This document shows, one piece after another, positions 10,016-19,733 of a stretch of DNA of 64,000 nt (positions within the stretch are counted from its first letter, which is position 1; every line of letters starts with the position of its first letter). The translations under genes and the position numbers were made by a program. Source of the DNA: Dehalococcoidia bacterium (GTDB lineage Bacteria; Chloroflexota; Dehalococcoidia; Bin125); assembly GCA_965207365.1 (NCBI GenBank), contig OZ242281.1, positions 1,471,218 to 1,535,217 on the forward strand. The letters are read 5' to 3'. The notes under the pieces were generated by a model. The model was not told the DNA's origin. It searched no databases and saw nothing but the letters and a program-made list of their open reading frames with translations.

Positions 10016-10600
10016 TTACAACTCCGTCATCGCCAGACGCCGATATCGTGGGCCATCCTTCAACAGTGTCGACTCGACCAACGCCACGCGCTCAATAACT
10101 GCTTCGATACTCAGCGCCGTTGCGGCGTCAACGGCGCTGAGTATCGACGCGAGCTGAGGCTTCGTCGCCGGGTGTCGCTGGCGCCGCTGGCGCCGCACGC
10201 GTCCCAGGGTCAGGTGTGGTCGGTAGGGCCCGGACTCCGCCTCGAACTGGGCGACAGCCAACGCTTCATCGAGTCGCGTTCGAACGCCGCGGAGTTTCTC
10301 CAGCCCTTCATCTTCTGCTATCCCAACCCAGATGACGCGCGGCCGGCGTCCGCCGAACGCACCGACCCTGTCCAGCTGGACTCGCAGGCGACCGCTGCCT
10401 TCGAGAGTCGTCATCGCCTCAATGACATGAACCAGTCCTGTTTCCTCCACTTCACCCAGGAAGCGAAGTGTGAGATGCATCGCATCACGCTTGACCCAGC
10501 GCATGGCCGACTCGGGAAACGATGCCTCACGTCTCATCCGCTCGCCAACCTGCCAGACGGCATCCAGGACGGTGTCGTCCATCACAGCTTCAATGAACAT
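10016..10600 (-). CDS. thpR: RNA 2',3'-cyclic phosphodiesterase (2H phosphoesterase, ThpR/LigT)
   Basis: Two H-x-T-x motifs (HLTLRFLG, HLTLGRV). Start uncertain; the ORF is open to 10669. Confidence 0.65.
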   Translation of the reverse strand: MFIEAVMDDTVLDAVWQVGERMRREASFPESAMRWVKRDAMHLTLRFLGEVEETGLVHVIEAMTTLEGSGRLRVQLDRVGAFGGRRPRVIWVGIAEDEGLEKLRGVRTRLDEALAVAQFEAESGPYRPHLTLGRVRRQRRQRHPATKPQLASILSAVDAATALSIEAVIERVALVESTLLKDGPRYRRLAMTEL

Positions 10601-10737
10601 CCTCACCAATGGCCTCCCCCTGTCTGCATGCTGACGCGACTCACGTTTCTTACACATTGCTATCAGCAATCTCGATCCGCCACTAGCATGATCGTGCGCG
10701 TCAGAAGTGCCTACCTGCCAGTGAAATCCAGAGCGAT

Positions 10738-11598
10738 ATGACCACTTCCACCGCGTCGGCTGCCGACACCGACGCCCTGCTTGATGTCTGCAAACGGATC
10801 CGACGGCACATCGTGGAGATGACCCACGCCGCGCAGTCGGGCCATCCTGGGGGATCGCTGTCCTCGACCGAGATCTTCGCCGCGCTCTACTTCGGCGGCG
10901 TGGCCCGGCACGACCCCGCCAACCCGCAGTGGGATCGCCGCGACAGGGTGATTCTGAGCAAAGGACACGCGACCCCGGTCGTCTATGCCACCCTGGCCGA
11001 GGCCGGCTACTTCAGCACGGAGCTGATCCCCACCTTCCGCTCGCTCGGCACCCAGCTGCAGGGACACGTGGTGCGCAACAAGCCGGCCGGCGTCGAAATG
11101 TCGGGCGGTGCGCTGGGCATGGGCCTCTCGTTCGCCGTCGGTATCGCGCTAGGACACAAACTCGACAGCCTCGACGACGATGAGGGGCAGATCTTCGTGG
11201 TTGTTGGCGACGGAGAACTGAACGAGGGCCAGAACTGGGAGGCGATCATGTCGGCTTCCCACTTCGGCCTGCAGCGGATTACCGCCGTCCTCGACCGCAA
11301 CCATTTCCAGAACGACGGCCCCGGCGACGAGATCATGCGCATCGATCCCGTCGGTGACAAATGGTCCGCCTTCGGCTGGGGCGTGCAGCACGTTGACGGT
11401 CACGATGTCACGGCCGTCCGCGACGCCCTGCTCACCGCTCGCGCACGAACGGACGCGCCACAGGTCGTGATCTGCGAAACGGTCAAGGGACGCGGCGTCT
11501 CATTCATGGCCGGCAATCCGGGCGCCTGGCACGGCAAAGGACCCTCAGACGAACAACTGGCCCAGGCGCTGGACGAGATCGAGGCGGGCCTCTCATGA
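10738..11598 (+). CDS. transketolase, N-terminal (TPP-binding) subunit
   Basis: GHPGGSLS...GDGELNEGQNWEA TPP motifs. Only 286 aa long. Confidence 0.85.
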   Translation: MTTSTASAADTDALLDVCKRIRRHIVEMTHAAQSGHPGGSLSSTEIFAALYFGGVARHDPANPQWDRRDRVILSKGHATPVVYATLAEAGYFSTELIPTFRSLGTQLQGHVVRNKPAGVEMSGGALGMGLSFAVGIALGHKLDSLDDDEGQIFVVVGDGELNEGQNWEAIMSASHFGLQRITAVLDRNHFQNDGPGDEIMRIDPVGDKWSAFGWGVQHVDGHDVTAVRDALLTARARTDAPQVVICETVKGRGVSFMAGNPGAWHGKGPSDEQLAQALDEIEAGLS

Positions 11599-12548
11599 CC
11601 ACGACCTCTGCGCCACCGCCGGCGGCAACGCGTGAGGCCTACGGGCCAGCGCTGGTCAAACTGGCTGAAGCCGGCCACGACATCGTCGCGCTGGATGCCG
11701 ACCTCTCCGCTTCAACCGGCGGCAACAAGCTCGCCGCATCGTTCCCGCAGCGATGGTTCACCGTCGGCGCGGCAGAGGCCAACCTGATTAGCATCGCGGC
11801 GGGGCTGGCTTCGACTGGCAAGACCGTCTATGCCGCTTCGTTCGCGGTGTTCATGCCCGGTCACTGTTTCGACCAGATTCGCGTGCAGATCGCCCAACAA
11901 CGCATGAACGTCAAGCTGATCGCCTCTCACGGAGGCATCTCAGTCGGCGAGGACGGCGCGTCGGCGCAGGCCATTGAAGATCTCGCCCTTATGACCTCGC
12001 TGCCGGGAATGAACGTCGTCGTGCCCTCAGACGCGGTCGAAGCCGACGCAATGATCCGCAGCGCCGCAGAGGACAATGATCCCTGGTACATCCGCCTCGG
12101 CCGCCCCAAACTGCCGATCATCTACAGCGATGGTCCGTCATTCACGCTGGGTCAGGCCGATCAGCTCCGCGACGGCTCGGACGTCACGTTGATCGCCTGC
12201 GGACTGATGCTGGAACCGTCCCTCCGAGCCGCAGATGCGTTGGCCCAGGAAGGCATGTCCGTGCGAGTGCTCAACATGGCAACGATCAAACCACTCGACG
12301 AAGCAGCCATCGCCCGCGCCGCAGAAGAAACCGGCGCCATCGTCTGCGCCGAGGAACACAACGTGATTGGCGGCCTGGGCTCAGCGGTGGCGAGGACGCT
12401 CGCGCTGCACTGCCCAACGCCCATGGAACAGGTCGGCATCAACGACACGTTCGGCCAGTCGGGTCCATGGACCGCACTACTGAACGAGTACGGCCTGACC
12501 TCCGAGTCGGTCGTCGAAGCGGCAAAGCGGGCCATCGCTCGGAAGTAG
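11595..12548 (+). CDS. transketolase, C-terminal (pyrimidine-binding/C-terminal domain) subunit
   Basis: Transketolase pyrimidine-binding and C-terminal domains. 4-nt overlap with the upstream subunit. Confidence 0.85.
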   Translation: MTTTSAPPPAATREAYGPALVKLAEAGHDIVALDADLSASTGGNKLAASFPQRWFTVGAAEANLISIAAGLASTGKTVYAASFAVFMPGHCFDQIRVQIAQQRMNVKLIASHGGISVGEDGASAQAIEDLALMTSLPGMNVVVPSDAVEADAMIRSAAEDNDPWYIRLGRPKLPIIYSDGPSFTLGQADQLRDGSDVTLIACGLMLEPSLRAADALAQEGMSVRVLNMATIKPLDEAAIARAAEETGAIVCAEEHNVIGGLGSAVARTLALHCPTPMEQVGINDTFGQSGPWTALLNEYGLTSESVVEAAKRAIARK

Positions 12549-12563
12549 CTGTCGCCAAGCGTT

Positions 12564-12890
12564 TCAGTCGGCCGCCACAGTCCCTGAATCCACTTCGCCA
12601 CGCTCCGCCAATTCCGCTTGAGCGCGTTCCATGAGTGCGTTGCGCATGATCTCGAAGATCTCAGATGAGGCTCCGAAGGCCTTCGAGAGTGTCGCGATCT
12701 CGTCACCAGTGAAATGGACTGTCAACCCCATCCTGCCAGAAGGTTCCCAGTCGCCTTCGGGTTCAATTTCCTCAAACTCCCACAGTCCATCCGGCTTGTA
12801 GGAGGCAATCTCGGCTTCAACCTCTGCCCGCACACGCGGGTCGAGTGATTCTAGCCACACCTGATGCCTGGACCTTGTGTCTGCGCTCAT
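12564..12890 (-). CDS. putative BrnA-like antitoxin (RHH-type C-terminus)
   Basis: 108 aa with a strand-helix-helix C-terminus (LTVHFTGDEIATLSKAFGASSEIFEIMRNAL). Translationally coupled (ATGA) to the upstream toxin-like gene. Confidence 0.4.
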   Translation of the reverse strand: MSADTRSRHQVWLESLDPRVRAEVEAEIASYKPDGLWEFEEIEPEGDWEPSGRMGLTVHFTGDEIATLSKAFGASSEIFEIMRNALMERAQAELAERGEVDSGTVAAD

Positions 12891-13207
12891 GATTGTTGAT
12901 TGTATAGTTCCTCTTCATCCGTAGTTGCGACCCAGCCCGTCACTACCTCTGACTCACCGTCGGAATCTGGTGCTTCAAGGACAAAGGTGACCAGATCCTC
13001 CTCCAACCCACGCCCAATCATGACCCAACGCCCCGGCCACGTTCCGGACCCTTCTTCAGGAGGCCGCTCTCGGGAAGGTTGCCAACTCAAGACAGGACTA
13101 TGTTCGATGGCAAACTCGGCGTCCTCAAATTCGATACCTCGTTCAGCTAGCTTCCGTCGTGAGTCGCCACTGATTCGAAGAGCGCGTGGTCTGGGTCGCC
13201 TTCGCAT
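12887..13207 (-). CDS. putative BrnT-like toxin (DUF497-like)
   Basis: KLAERGIEFEDAEFAI ... RWVMIG ... VVTGWVATTDEE pattern resembles DUF497/BrnT. Lies upstream of the small RHH-type partner. Confidence 0.45.
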   Translation of the reverse strand: MRRRPRPRALRISGDSRRKLAERGIEFEDAEFAIEHSPVLSWQPSRERPPEEGSGTWPGRWVMIGRGLEEDLVTFVLEAPDSDGESEVVTGWVATTDEEELYNQQS

Positions 13208-13210
13208 CGC

Positions 13211-13945
13211 TCATCCCTCAAGCCACCCAGCCACTGCAAACAGGTCCTCGCACCACAGGACATCACCGTTCAGACTTGGCGGTCTCGGCCGATCATCCTC
13301 CTCGACCAGCACAGCCTGCATCCCAGCAGCGATCGCCCCCTCGACATCCGACTGAATGTTGTTGCCGATGTGTACGCAATCGCTCGGAGCAACGCCGAGG
13401 TCCTCTGCGGCATGCTCGAAGATGCCTGGCTCCGGCTTCCACACGCCCACCTCGCCCGAGATGTAGATGCCGTCGAACTGGCCTTCGAGGCCAGCGCCAT
13501 GGATCTTCTCTCGCTGCATCGCTCCGTCGTTGAAGTTGGTGATCAGCCCAATCGGACCGTGTGCCCGCGCTGCGGCGAGCACTTCCCGCCAACCGTCGAT
13601 GGCGGCTGCCCGGTCACTGCGTTCGTCGCGGTAGACCCGGTTCAGCTCTCGGAACTCATCCTCACCGACTGTGACACCGCTGACCGCCAGGCTTCGCTTC
13701 ATCCATTCCTCCGCGTGCAACCAGAGCGGCCATTGCCAGTCGTTGTCTTCCATAATCCCGCCGATCACGATCTCGACGGTGTCGGCGAAGGCGGAGGCCG
13801 GCTTCTCGTAGAGTCCGAGTTCGATCAGTTTGGCCCCGACCGCCGTACGAGCTTCGCGCACACCAGTGCGTTCGCTGACCAGGGTCCCGTCGAGATCAAA
13901 GAAGACGGCCGTGAAGCCCTCGTTGCTGTTGCGTTGCCCGCTCAC
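13211..13945 (-). CDS. HAD-superfamily hydrolase
   Basis: VFFDLDGTLV motif I and HAD motifs II-IV (ITNFNDG, GVWKPEP...GNNIQSD). Confidence 0.8.
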   Translation of the reverse strand: MSGQRNSNEGFTAVFFDLDGTLVSERTGVREARTAVGAKLIELGLYEKPASAFADTVEIVIGGIMEDNDWQWPLWLHAEEWMKRSLAVSGVTVGEDEFRELNRVYRDERSDRAAAIDGWREVLAAARAHGPIGLITNFNDGAMQREKIHGAGLEGQFDGIYISGEVGVWKPEPGIFEHAAEDLGVAPSDCVHIGNNIQSDVEGAIAAGMQAVLVEEDDRPRPPSLNGDVLWCEDLFAVAGWLEG

Positions 13946-14367
13946 TCCTCGCCCTCTTCTTCATCCAGCTCTTCTTCCAGCTCGTCCTGGTAGATCTCCA
14001 GCGGCCAAATCGGCCAGTCCAGGAACTGCTCCGGCGGATCTTCGGTCGCGCCCTCAGGATGCTCCACTTCCGGCTCGTGGTCGGGCACATACGTCTGCAT
14101 CGGCCTGGCCGCGAACTCGATGCCGTCTTCGTGCGTGACCACGTTGGACAGCGAATAGCCAATCCAGGCCAGACAACGACACTCGAGACGGAACGAGACA
14201 GCGAAGCGACGCCGCATCAGCGCCTCTTCGCGGATGAAGTCGTGAAACTCCTCGATTTCCTCCGGCGGCAACATCACATCGACGTGCCCCTCGAAGAGTT
14301 GTTGCAGCGCGTCCGCCGATTCAGCCTCAGTCTGACCCTCGTCCACAGCAACGTCTTCGTCAGTCAT
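13942..14367 (-). CDS. acidic hypothetical protein
   Basis: ORF with a GGAGGGG Shine-Dalgarno 6 nt upstream of the ATG at 14367. Very acidic C-terminus (EEELDEEEGEE). Confidence 0.5.
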   Translation of the reverse strand: MTDEDVAVDEGQTEAESADALQQLFEGHVDVMLPPEEIEEFHDFIREEALMRRRFAVSFRLECRCLAWIGYSLSNVVTHEDGIEFAARPMQTYVPDHEPEVEHPEGATEDPPEQFLDWPIWPLEIYQDELEEELDEEEGEE

Positions 14368-14650
14368 TGGCCCCTCCATCTTCCTGTGAGTACACGCCGA
14401 CTTCCTGACCACGCCAGACGGTCACGATCAAGTCGTCTCGCAATGGGTCGGCAGTGAGCGCCCAGCGGTCGTCGACATCGGCGATCACGTCCTGGATATC
14501 TTCCTCAGCCCAAGATTCCGGCACGCAGAGCGTGGCGTAGACCAGGGGCGCGGCAAAATGCAGGTCGATCCGGCCGCGCGAACCGGCTTCATTCTCGACG
14601 ACGTAGCACTCGGAGTGCGCCGTCCGACTTTCGCGTTCGTAGTGAAACAT
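14360..14650 (-). CDS. hypothetical protein
   Basis: 96-aa ORF in an operon-like string with the downstream genes. No recognisable domain. Confidence 0.4.
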   Translation of the reverse strand: MFHYERESRTAHSECYVVENEAGSRGRIDLHFAAPLVYATLCVPESWAEEDIQDVIADVDDRWALTADPLRDDLIVTVWRGQEVGVYSQEDGGAND

Positions 14651-14670
14651 CAGCCCGGCGCCTCATTCAC

Positions 14671-15660
14671 TTAGAGCACGTGATACAAGAGCAGATGCTC
14701 GCCCAGGACATCGTTGGCGAAGTCGTTCTCGACATCACGCCAGACGGAATGGATATGGTTGGTGCCGTTCTGGCGATTGTCGAACTCGACCAGGAAATTG
14801 CCGCCGTGAATCCGATAGTAGTGCGGCTCTCCGTTCTGGACCGGTCCGGCCCAGGCAAAGTGCATACCGTCCCTGCCGGCGGCTGCGATTCGCGCGTGCC
14901 GGTCGTCGGCCAGGTCGGACGGCGCCTGGTCGACGTAGACGTCCACCAGCCGGTCCAGGAGTGCTCGCTGATCGTCGTCCATCTCCGAGGCCGACAACCC
15001 CTGATAGGCGGGCATCACGGCGCGTGACGCATTGAAGGTGAGAATGTCCCAGGGCGCTTCTGCATAGATCACCGTGCGTTCCACCTGCTCGGCGTCCAGC
15101 GCGCCCATCAGGTCGAACGCGAGGTCCTCGCGCTTGTCCAGGATGCGCAAACCCGCCTGTGGCCCCTTGCGAACCTCTGCAGGATTGGTGCCGAAAAAAA
15201 ACGGCGTCAGCGAGAGCAGGCCGTCGCCCCAGAGCGAGAAATTGAGCGAGATGTGGTGCCCTTCAACGCGCCATCCCCAGGGCGATTCGTCGCTCGCGGG
15301 GTCGCCAAAGATGGTCCAGTAGTACAACTCCGGGTCGCGACGGAACGACTTGCGACCGGCGTCGCGTTCTAGCTCGCCGAGGATGACCTCCAGGTCGATG
15401 ATGCCTTCGGCTTGCTCGTAGGCGCGATCGCTCAGGCTGGCCTTCATCAACGCCATTGCCAGCGAGCGCTGCGACTCAGTCATGTCGCGCAGCGGCAGTC
15501 CATGACGATTCGTGGGCGGGTAGTACCAGAAGATGCGCTCTCCATCCATGTAGTCATAGATGGCCGTGTCACGCTGTTCCTGAGTCAGGCTGTTGGCGAA
15601 ATCGACGGCGGCCGCGCGCATCTCGGCGCCCGCGAGTGTCGGGGTTGGCAGGTCGGGCAT
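14671..15660 (-). CDS. DUF3500 family protein
   Basis: HHISLNF ... HYYRIHGGNFLVEFDNRQNGTNHIHSVWRD block is characteristic of DUF3500. Confidence 0.7.
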   Translation of the reverse strand: MPDLPTPTLAGAEMRAAAVDFANSLTQEQRDTAIYDYMDGERIFWYYPPTNRHGLPLRDMTESQRSLAMALMKASLSDRAYEQAEGIIDLEVILGELERDAGRKSFRRDPELYYWTIFGDPASDESPWGWRVEGHHISLNFSLWGDGLLSLTPFFFGTNPAEVRKGPQAGLRILDKREDLAFDLMGALDAEQVERTVIYAEAPWDILTFNASRAVMPAYQGLSASEMDDDQRALLDRLVDVYVDQAPSDLADDRHARIAAAGRDGMHFAWAGPVQNGEPHYYRIHGGNFLVEFDNRQNGTNHIHSVWRDVENDFANDVLGEHLLLYHVL

Positions 15661-15713
15661 GTGTTGTTCCTTCTCCGACTACAGCCTAGACAGGCCGCAA
15701 TAGACGAGTGTCC

Positions 15714-17009
15714 TTACACCGGCCGGATGTGTCCGTCGCCGCGGATGACCCACTTGTACGAGGTCAGCTCACGCAGGCCCATCGGTCCGCGAGCGTGCAG
15801 TTTTCCGGTCGAAATCCCCACCTCCGCACCGAGACCGAACTGGCCACCGTCGGTGAACTGCGTCGACGCATTGACGTAGACGGCGGCGGCATCAACTTCG
15901 CGCAGGAAACGCCGGCCCAGCGCTTCATCTCCGGTAATCACCGCCTCTGAGTGTCCGCTGCCATGCTCCGCGATGTGCGCCAGCGCAGCATCCGCATCAT
16001 CGACCACACCGACAGCAGCAGTCAGCGAAAGGAACTCGGTGTCGAAGTCATCAGGACCAGCGGGATGGACGTTGGCAGGGGTCGTCGAGAGGAGTTCGCG
16101 TGCGCGATCGTCCGCACGTAGTTCGACAGGCGTTGGCCCGGCGCCAGCCCAGCGACGACCAAGCTCGGACAAGAATTGCGGCGCCACTGATTCATGTACC
16201 AGCATGACGTCGAGCGCATTGCAAATGCTGACTCTGCGTCGCTTGGCGTTGTCGACCACCTCAATGGCCATGGCAAGGTCGGCGGCGGAGTCGATATAGG
16301 TGTGACAGATCCCCACGCCACCCGCGACTACCGCCATGGAGGCTTCTTTGCGCACCCGATTGATCAACGCCTGTCCACCGCGCGGGACCATCAGGTCGAT
16401 CAGGTCGTCCATCGCCAACAGCTCACCGACCAGCGCGCGGTCGGTGCTACGCACCAGTTGTATCGCGTCGGCGGGCAGTCCATTGTCCGAAAGTGCGTCG
16501 CGCAGCGCATCGGCCAAGATTCGGTTGGAGCGCAGTGCCTCACGACCACCGCGCAGCACGGATGCATTGCCCGACTTGAGGCAGATCGCGCCGATGTCGA
16601 TGGTCACGTTGGGACGCGACTCGTACACAGAGGCAATCACGCCCAGCGGCACGCGGACACGCTCAATCTCGAGACCGGAGTCGGTCGTCGTCGAATCAAT
16701 CGTTTCACCGACCGGATCGTCGAGCAGCGCCAGGTCTTCCAGCGACGCAGCAAGCGCCGATACACGCTCAGGCGTCAACTTGAGCCGGTCGATCATCGCT
16801 TCGCTCAGATGAGCGCTGGCCTCGGCGACATCCTTCGCGTTGGCAGCGACGATCTCATCAGAACGCTCACGCAGCAGCGCCGCCGCCCGATGCAAGACGG
16901 CATCTTTCTGCTCACGGGTCGCCCAACCGAGCGCCGGTGACGCGCTCTTGGCCGCCTCGACCTGCCGCCTCAACTCCGTCGACGCATCGACTGCCTGAGT
17001 CGTCGCCAT
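15714..17009 (-). CDS. proA: glutamate-5-semialdehyde dehydrogenase (gamma-glutamyl phosphate reductase)
   Basis: Full-length ProA similarity (MVPRGG, catalytic Cys in GICHTYID). Start taken at MATTQAV. Confidence 0.9.
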   Translation of the reverse strand: MATTQAVDASTELRRQVEAAKSASPALGWATREQKDAVLHRAAALLRERSDEIVAANAKDVAEASAHLSEAMIDRLKLTPERVSALAASLEDLALLDDPVGETIDSTTTDSGLEIERVRVPLGVIASVYESRPNVTIDIGAICLKSGNASVLRGGREALRSNRILADALRDALSDNGLPADAIQLVRSTDRALVGELLAMDDLIDLMVPRGGQALINRVRKEASMAVVAGGVGICHTYIDSAADLAMAIEVVDNAKRRRVSICNALDVMLVHESVAPQFLSELGRRWAGAGPTPVELRADDRARELLSTTPANVHPAGPDDFDTEFLSLTAAVGVVDDADAALAHIAEHGSGHSEAVITGDEALGRRFLREVDAAAVYVNASTQFTDGGQFGLGAEVGISTGKLHARGPMGLRELTSYKWVIRGDGHIRPV

Positions 17010-17068
17010 CTTGTTCTTCCCGTTCGCTATGTTGCTCGCCCGACCATGATCGTAGACGCCAGCGACGC

Positions 17069-17410
17069 TCAACGCCGTCGTCGACGGTCGGGAGGTTTGG
17101 GCGGATCGCCGCTGCCGATAAAGCTGTATTCATCCGAGGTCACGCCGAGCCGCTCCTCAAAGCCGTCAATCACATCAATCCGGGCGCCATCGCCGTCTTC
17201 CCCACGTGGCCGCAGCCGGTAGACCCCGCCCAGCGAGTGCTCGGGGTTGGACAGCGATGAGATTTTGCCTCGCCAGGAACGCTCGCGGACATCGCCAACC
17301 CGGGTGGTCTCAATATCCACAATCGCAAAGCACTCAGTCAGCACCGAACCACGGGCCGTCAAGATCTCAGCCATGAACTGCTGTCGACGCCGCATCGTGC
17401 TCATTGCCAA
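17069..17410 (-). CDS. hypothetical protein
   Basis: 113-aa ORF directly upstream of proA. No domain recognised. Confidence 0.35.
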   Translation of the reverse strand: MAMSTMRRRQQFMAEILTARGSVLTECFAIVDIETTRVGDVRERSWRGKISSLSNPEHSLGGVYRLRPRGEDGDGARIDVIDGFEERLGVTSDEYSFIGSGDPPKPPDRRRRR

Positions 17411-17505
17411 CCTCCCGGTGATTGCAGCGTAAAGCGTGCCCAGATCAACCTCCTTCGCTCACACGCCGACCCACTATGCCGCCACGAGGAGACCTTCGAA
17501 ACATT

Positions 17506-17690
17506 CCCCTTCTCCCCCCTTGCGGGGGAGATGCCGAAGGCAGAGGGGGGTTCCCTGCCTGTTGGCCCTATCTGGTCGTCGCCAGCCGCCCCCCCTCTGT
17601 CACTCTGCGACATCTCCCCCCGCAAGGGGGGGAGAGGGGAATCGGAGGATATGCATCAGTCTCCGCAAGGGGGGAGAGGGGATTCGGGAG
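17506..17690. repeat. MITE-like element, family A copy (ccccttctcccccccttgcgggggagatgccgaagg ... catctccccccgcaaggggggagagggg)
   Basis: Internal long inverted repeats. Near-identical to the elements at 40207-40377, 40435-40612, 52534-52691, 38279-38490 and inside 19734-20142. Confidence 0.8.
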
Positions 17691-17767
17691 CTTCCAAGGG
17701 TCTCCCATGAGCGTGCATTCAGCCCAAGAGCATTACTCTCCTATGCCCAGTTCTTGACACGGCGCCG

Positions 17768-19078
17768 TCAGCGCGAACGCTGAGGCGCGTAGGCTGCGGC
17801 CACTTTCGGGTCCGACCCGGGCAGCCTTTTGACGATCATCGGCCAGACCAGGATTGCCAGCAGCAACAGCCCCGCTGCTTCGATCACCACCGACAACACA
17901 CCGCCCTGGATCCCGAACCAGTCGAACATGAAGAACACCTGCAGTCCGGTCAACGGACCCAGGCCGATCACCATCGAGAGCACGCCCATAATCCGGCCGC
18001 GCATTTCGGGTGGCGTGCGCGTGACCAGGATCGCCGTTTGCATGATCGCGAACGCTGAGAAGCCGAAGCCCATGCAGAAGGCCACGATCATCGAGAGCTC
18101 GTACCAGGGGGAGAGCACCATGCCAGTCACACAGATCAGGAACCAGGCTGTCCCGGCGTAGTAGATCCGGCCCGACTGTCCCCAACTGCTCCATCCAGCG
18201 ATTGCCAGGGCGCTGAAGAATGAGCCCGCGCCGACTAACGCCTCAAGCACCCCAATCCTCAGCTTGTCGACGCCGAGCAACTGTTGGCCGATGTCGGGCA
18301 GCGCCGCGTTGTAGGCGGGGAAAAGCAGGTTGAAGGCCAGCGTCACCATCAACGTCCCGACCAGCAGCTCGCTGCGCCGGATATAGACGAAGCCCTCGCG
18401 GATATCGCGCCAGGTCTCGCGAGCAACCGCCGCGAATCCAGAGGCCGACGCCGCCCGCAGCGGCTTGCGATAGTCGAGCGTCGATGCGATCGAGGCAGAG
18501 ATGATGAAGGCGCAGGCCGTGAACAGGTAGGCCCACTCCGGTCCCAACTCCTGCAGCAATCCCGCGCCAATCAGCGGACCCGGAATGCGCACGATCGAGT
18601 CTGTTGACCAGTCCAGTCCGACTGCTCGGCCGACCTGGTGCGGCGCGACGACATCGGCGATCATCGCGCGGCGAGTGGGAAACTCCACCGACCAGACCGT
18701 GCCGGCGATGAAGACGAAGCCGAGCAACAGCCAGAAATCAATCCCAACCAGCATCACGTACGCGGTCAGGGCGAAGTACATCACCGACAGGATCAGCAGC
18801 GAGCCAATCCAAATCTTCTTACGGTCGAATCGGTCGGCCAGGGCGCCGACGAACATGCCAAACAACAGGCGTGGCGCCATTCGCACGAGAAAGGCCAGCG
18901 CGACAAAGCCTGCCGCCTCGGCCAGGTCGCGCGCGAACAGCGTGAGCACCAGCATGTCGAGCCAGCGCACCATACCGGTGACTGCGCCGGCCGCCCAGAC
19001 TCTGCGGAAGCCCGAATTGGCGAGCAGACCTCCTCTACCGCCGATACCTCCAGTGCGTGATCCAACCCTCAGGCTCAC
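17768..19078 (-). CDS. MFS transporter
   Basis: 436 aa with about 12 predicted TM helices and an MFS-like loop between TM2 and TM3. Confidence 0.8.
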   Translation of the reverse strand: MSLRVGSRTGGIGGRGGLLANSGFRRVWAAGAVTGMVRWLDMLVLTLFARDLAEAAGFVALAFLVRMAPRLLFGMFVGALADRFDRKKIWIGSLLILSVMYFALTAYVMLVGIDFWLLLGFVFIAGTVWSVEFPTRRAMIADVVAPHQVGRAVGLDWSTDSIVRIPGPLIGAGLLQELGPEWAYLFTACAFIISASIASTLDYRKPLRAASASGFAAVARETWRDIREGFVYIRRSELLVGTLMVTLAFNLLFPAYNAALPDIGQQLLGVDKLRIGVLEALVGAGSFFSALAIAGWSSWGQSGRIYYAGTAWFLICVTGMVLSPWYELSMIVAFCMGFGFSAFAIMQTAILVTRTPPEMRGRIMGVLSMVIGLGPLTGLQVFFMFDWFGIQGGVLSVVIEAAGLLLLAILVWPMIVKRLPGSDPKVAAAYAPQRSR

Positions 19079-19641
19079 CGCACCGCCTGAGCCTCCTGGG
19101 CCGCCCCTTGACCGGTCGTTTGACCTGCCTGATGCTCGCGATCGCTGCGCTTGCCTCGGTAGATGGTCAGATCAATTGCCCGCCAGACCTCTGGAGTGAC
19201 CTTGAACAGCATCCTCGGTTCAGTCTGCATGTTGGTGAAAAAGGCCTCGACGGCATCAGCGTTGGCCGGATCGCCGCGACCGACATACTTCTCGGCCAGC
19301 TTGCGTGAGATCGGCCAGATGTCGAAATCGGGCAGGATGAATGCCTCGGCCGTCCCGTCAACCTCAACGTGCTGCGCCGGCGGACCCGCCGACTCGATGC
19401 AGAACGACATGCGAGGGTCGTTCATCAACTGCTTACACCAAACACGACCGTGGGTGCCGGTCAGCCAGAAATGTCCTCGCGGAGGATTTCGCAGCGGATG
19501 CGCATCATCATCAATCTCGCCTTCCCAGAGGAACCAGAGCGGAATCGTGTACGGCCGGCCATCCTGCCGCAGTGTCGCCAACACACCGTTCATCGGCTGT
19601 TCCAGGAACTCGCGAATCGCCGGACCTCGCATTCGTGGCAT
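19075..19641 (-). CDS. pyridoxamine 5'-phosphate oxidase-fold (PNPOx-like, possibly F420/FMN-binding) protein
   Basis: LATLRQDGRPYTIPLWFLWEG ... MLFKVTP pattern. 4-nt overlap with the MFS gene. Confidence 0.75.
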   Translation of the reverse strand: MPRMRGPAIREFLEQPMNGVLATLRQDGRPYTIPLWFLWEGEIDDDAHPLRNPPRGHFWLTGTHGRVWCKQLMNDPRMSFCIESAGPPAQHVEVDGTAEAFILPDFDIWPISRKLAEKYVGRGDPANADAVEAFFTNMQTEPRMLFKVTPEVWRAIDLTIYRGKRSDREHQAGQTTGQGAAQEAQAVR

Positions 19642-19733
19642 GTTCGACTCCTTCTGCTGTCAATGCTTCGCTGAGACGCAATGGAACGATGGTAAGCCAA
19701 TGACGCTAAAGCGATGAAAGATCCGTCAATCCC

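Noticed and set aside
13370-13993. ORF ending in a poly-Ser tract (SSSSSSSSSSW)
   Set aside because: It is the reverse-frame reading of the GAG/GAA-rich acidic C-terminus of the real - strand gene 13942-14367 and overlaps the HAD gene. Such long antisense ORFs are expected in high-GC genomes.
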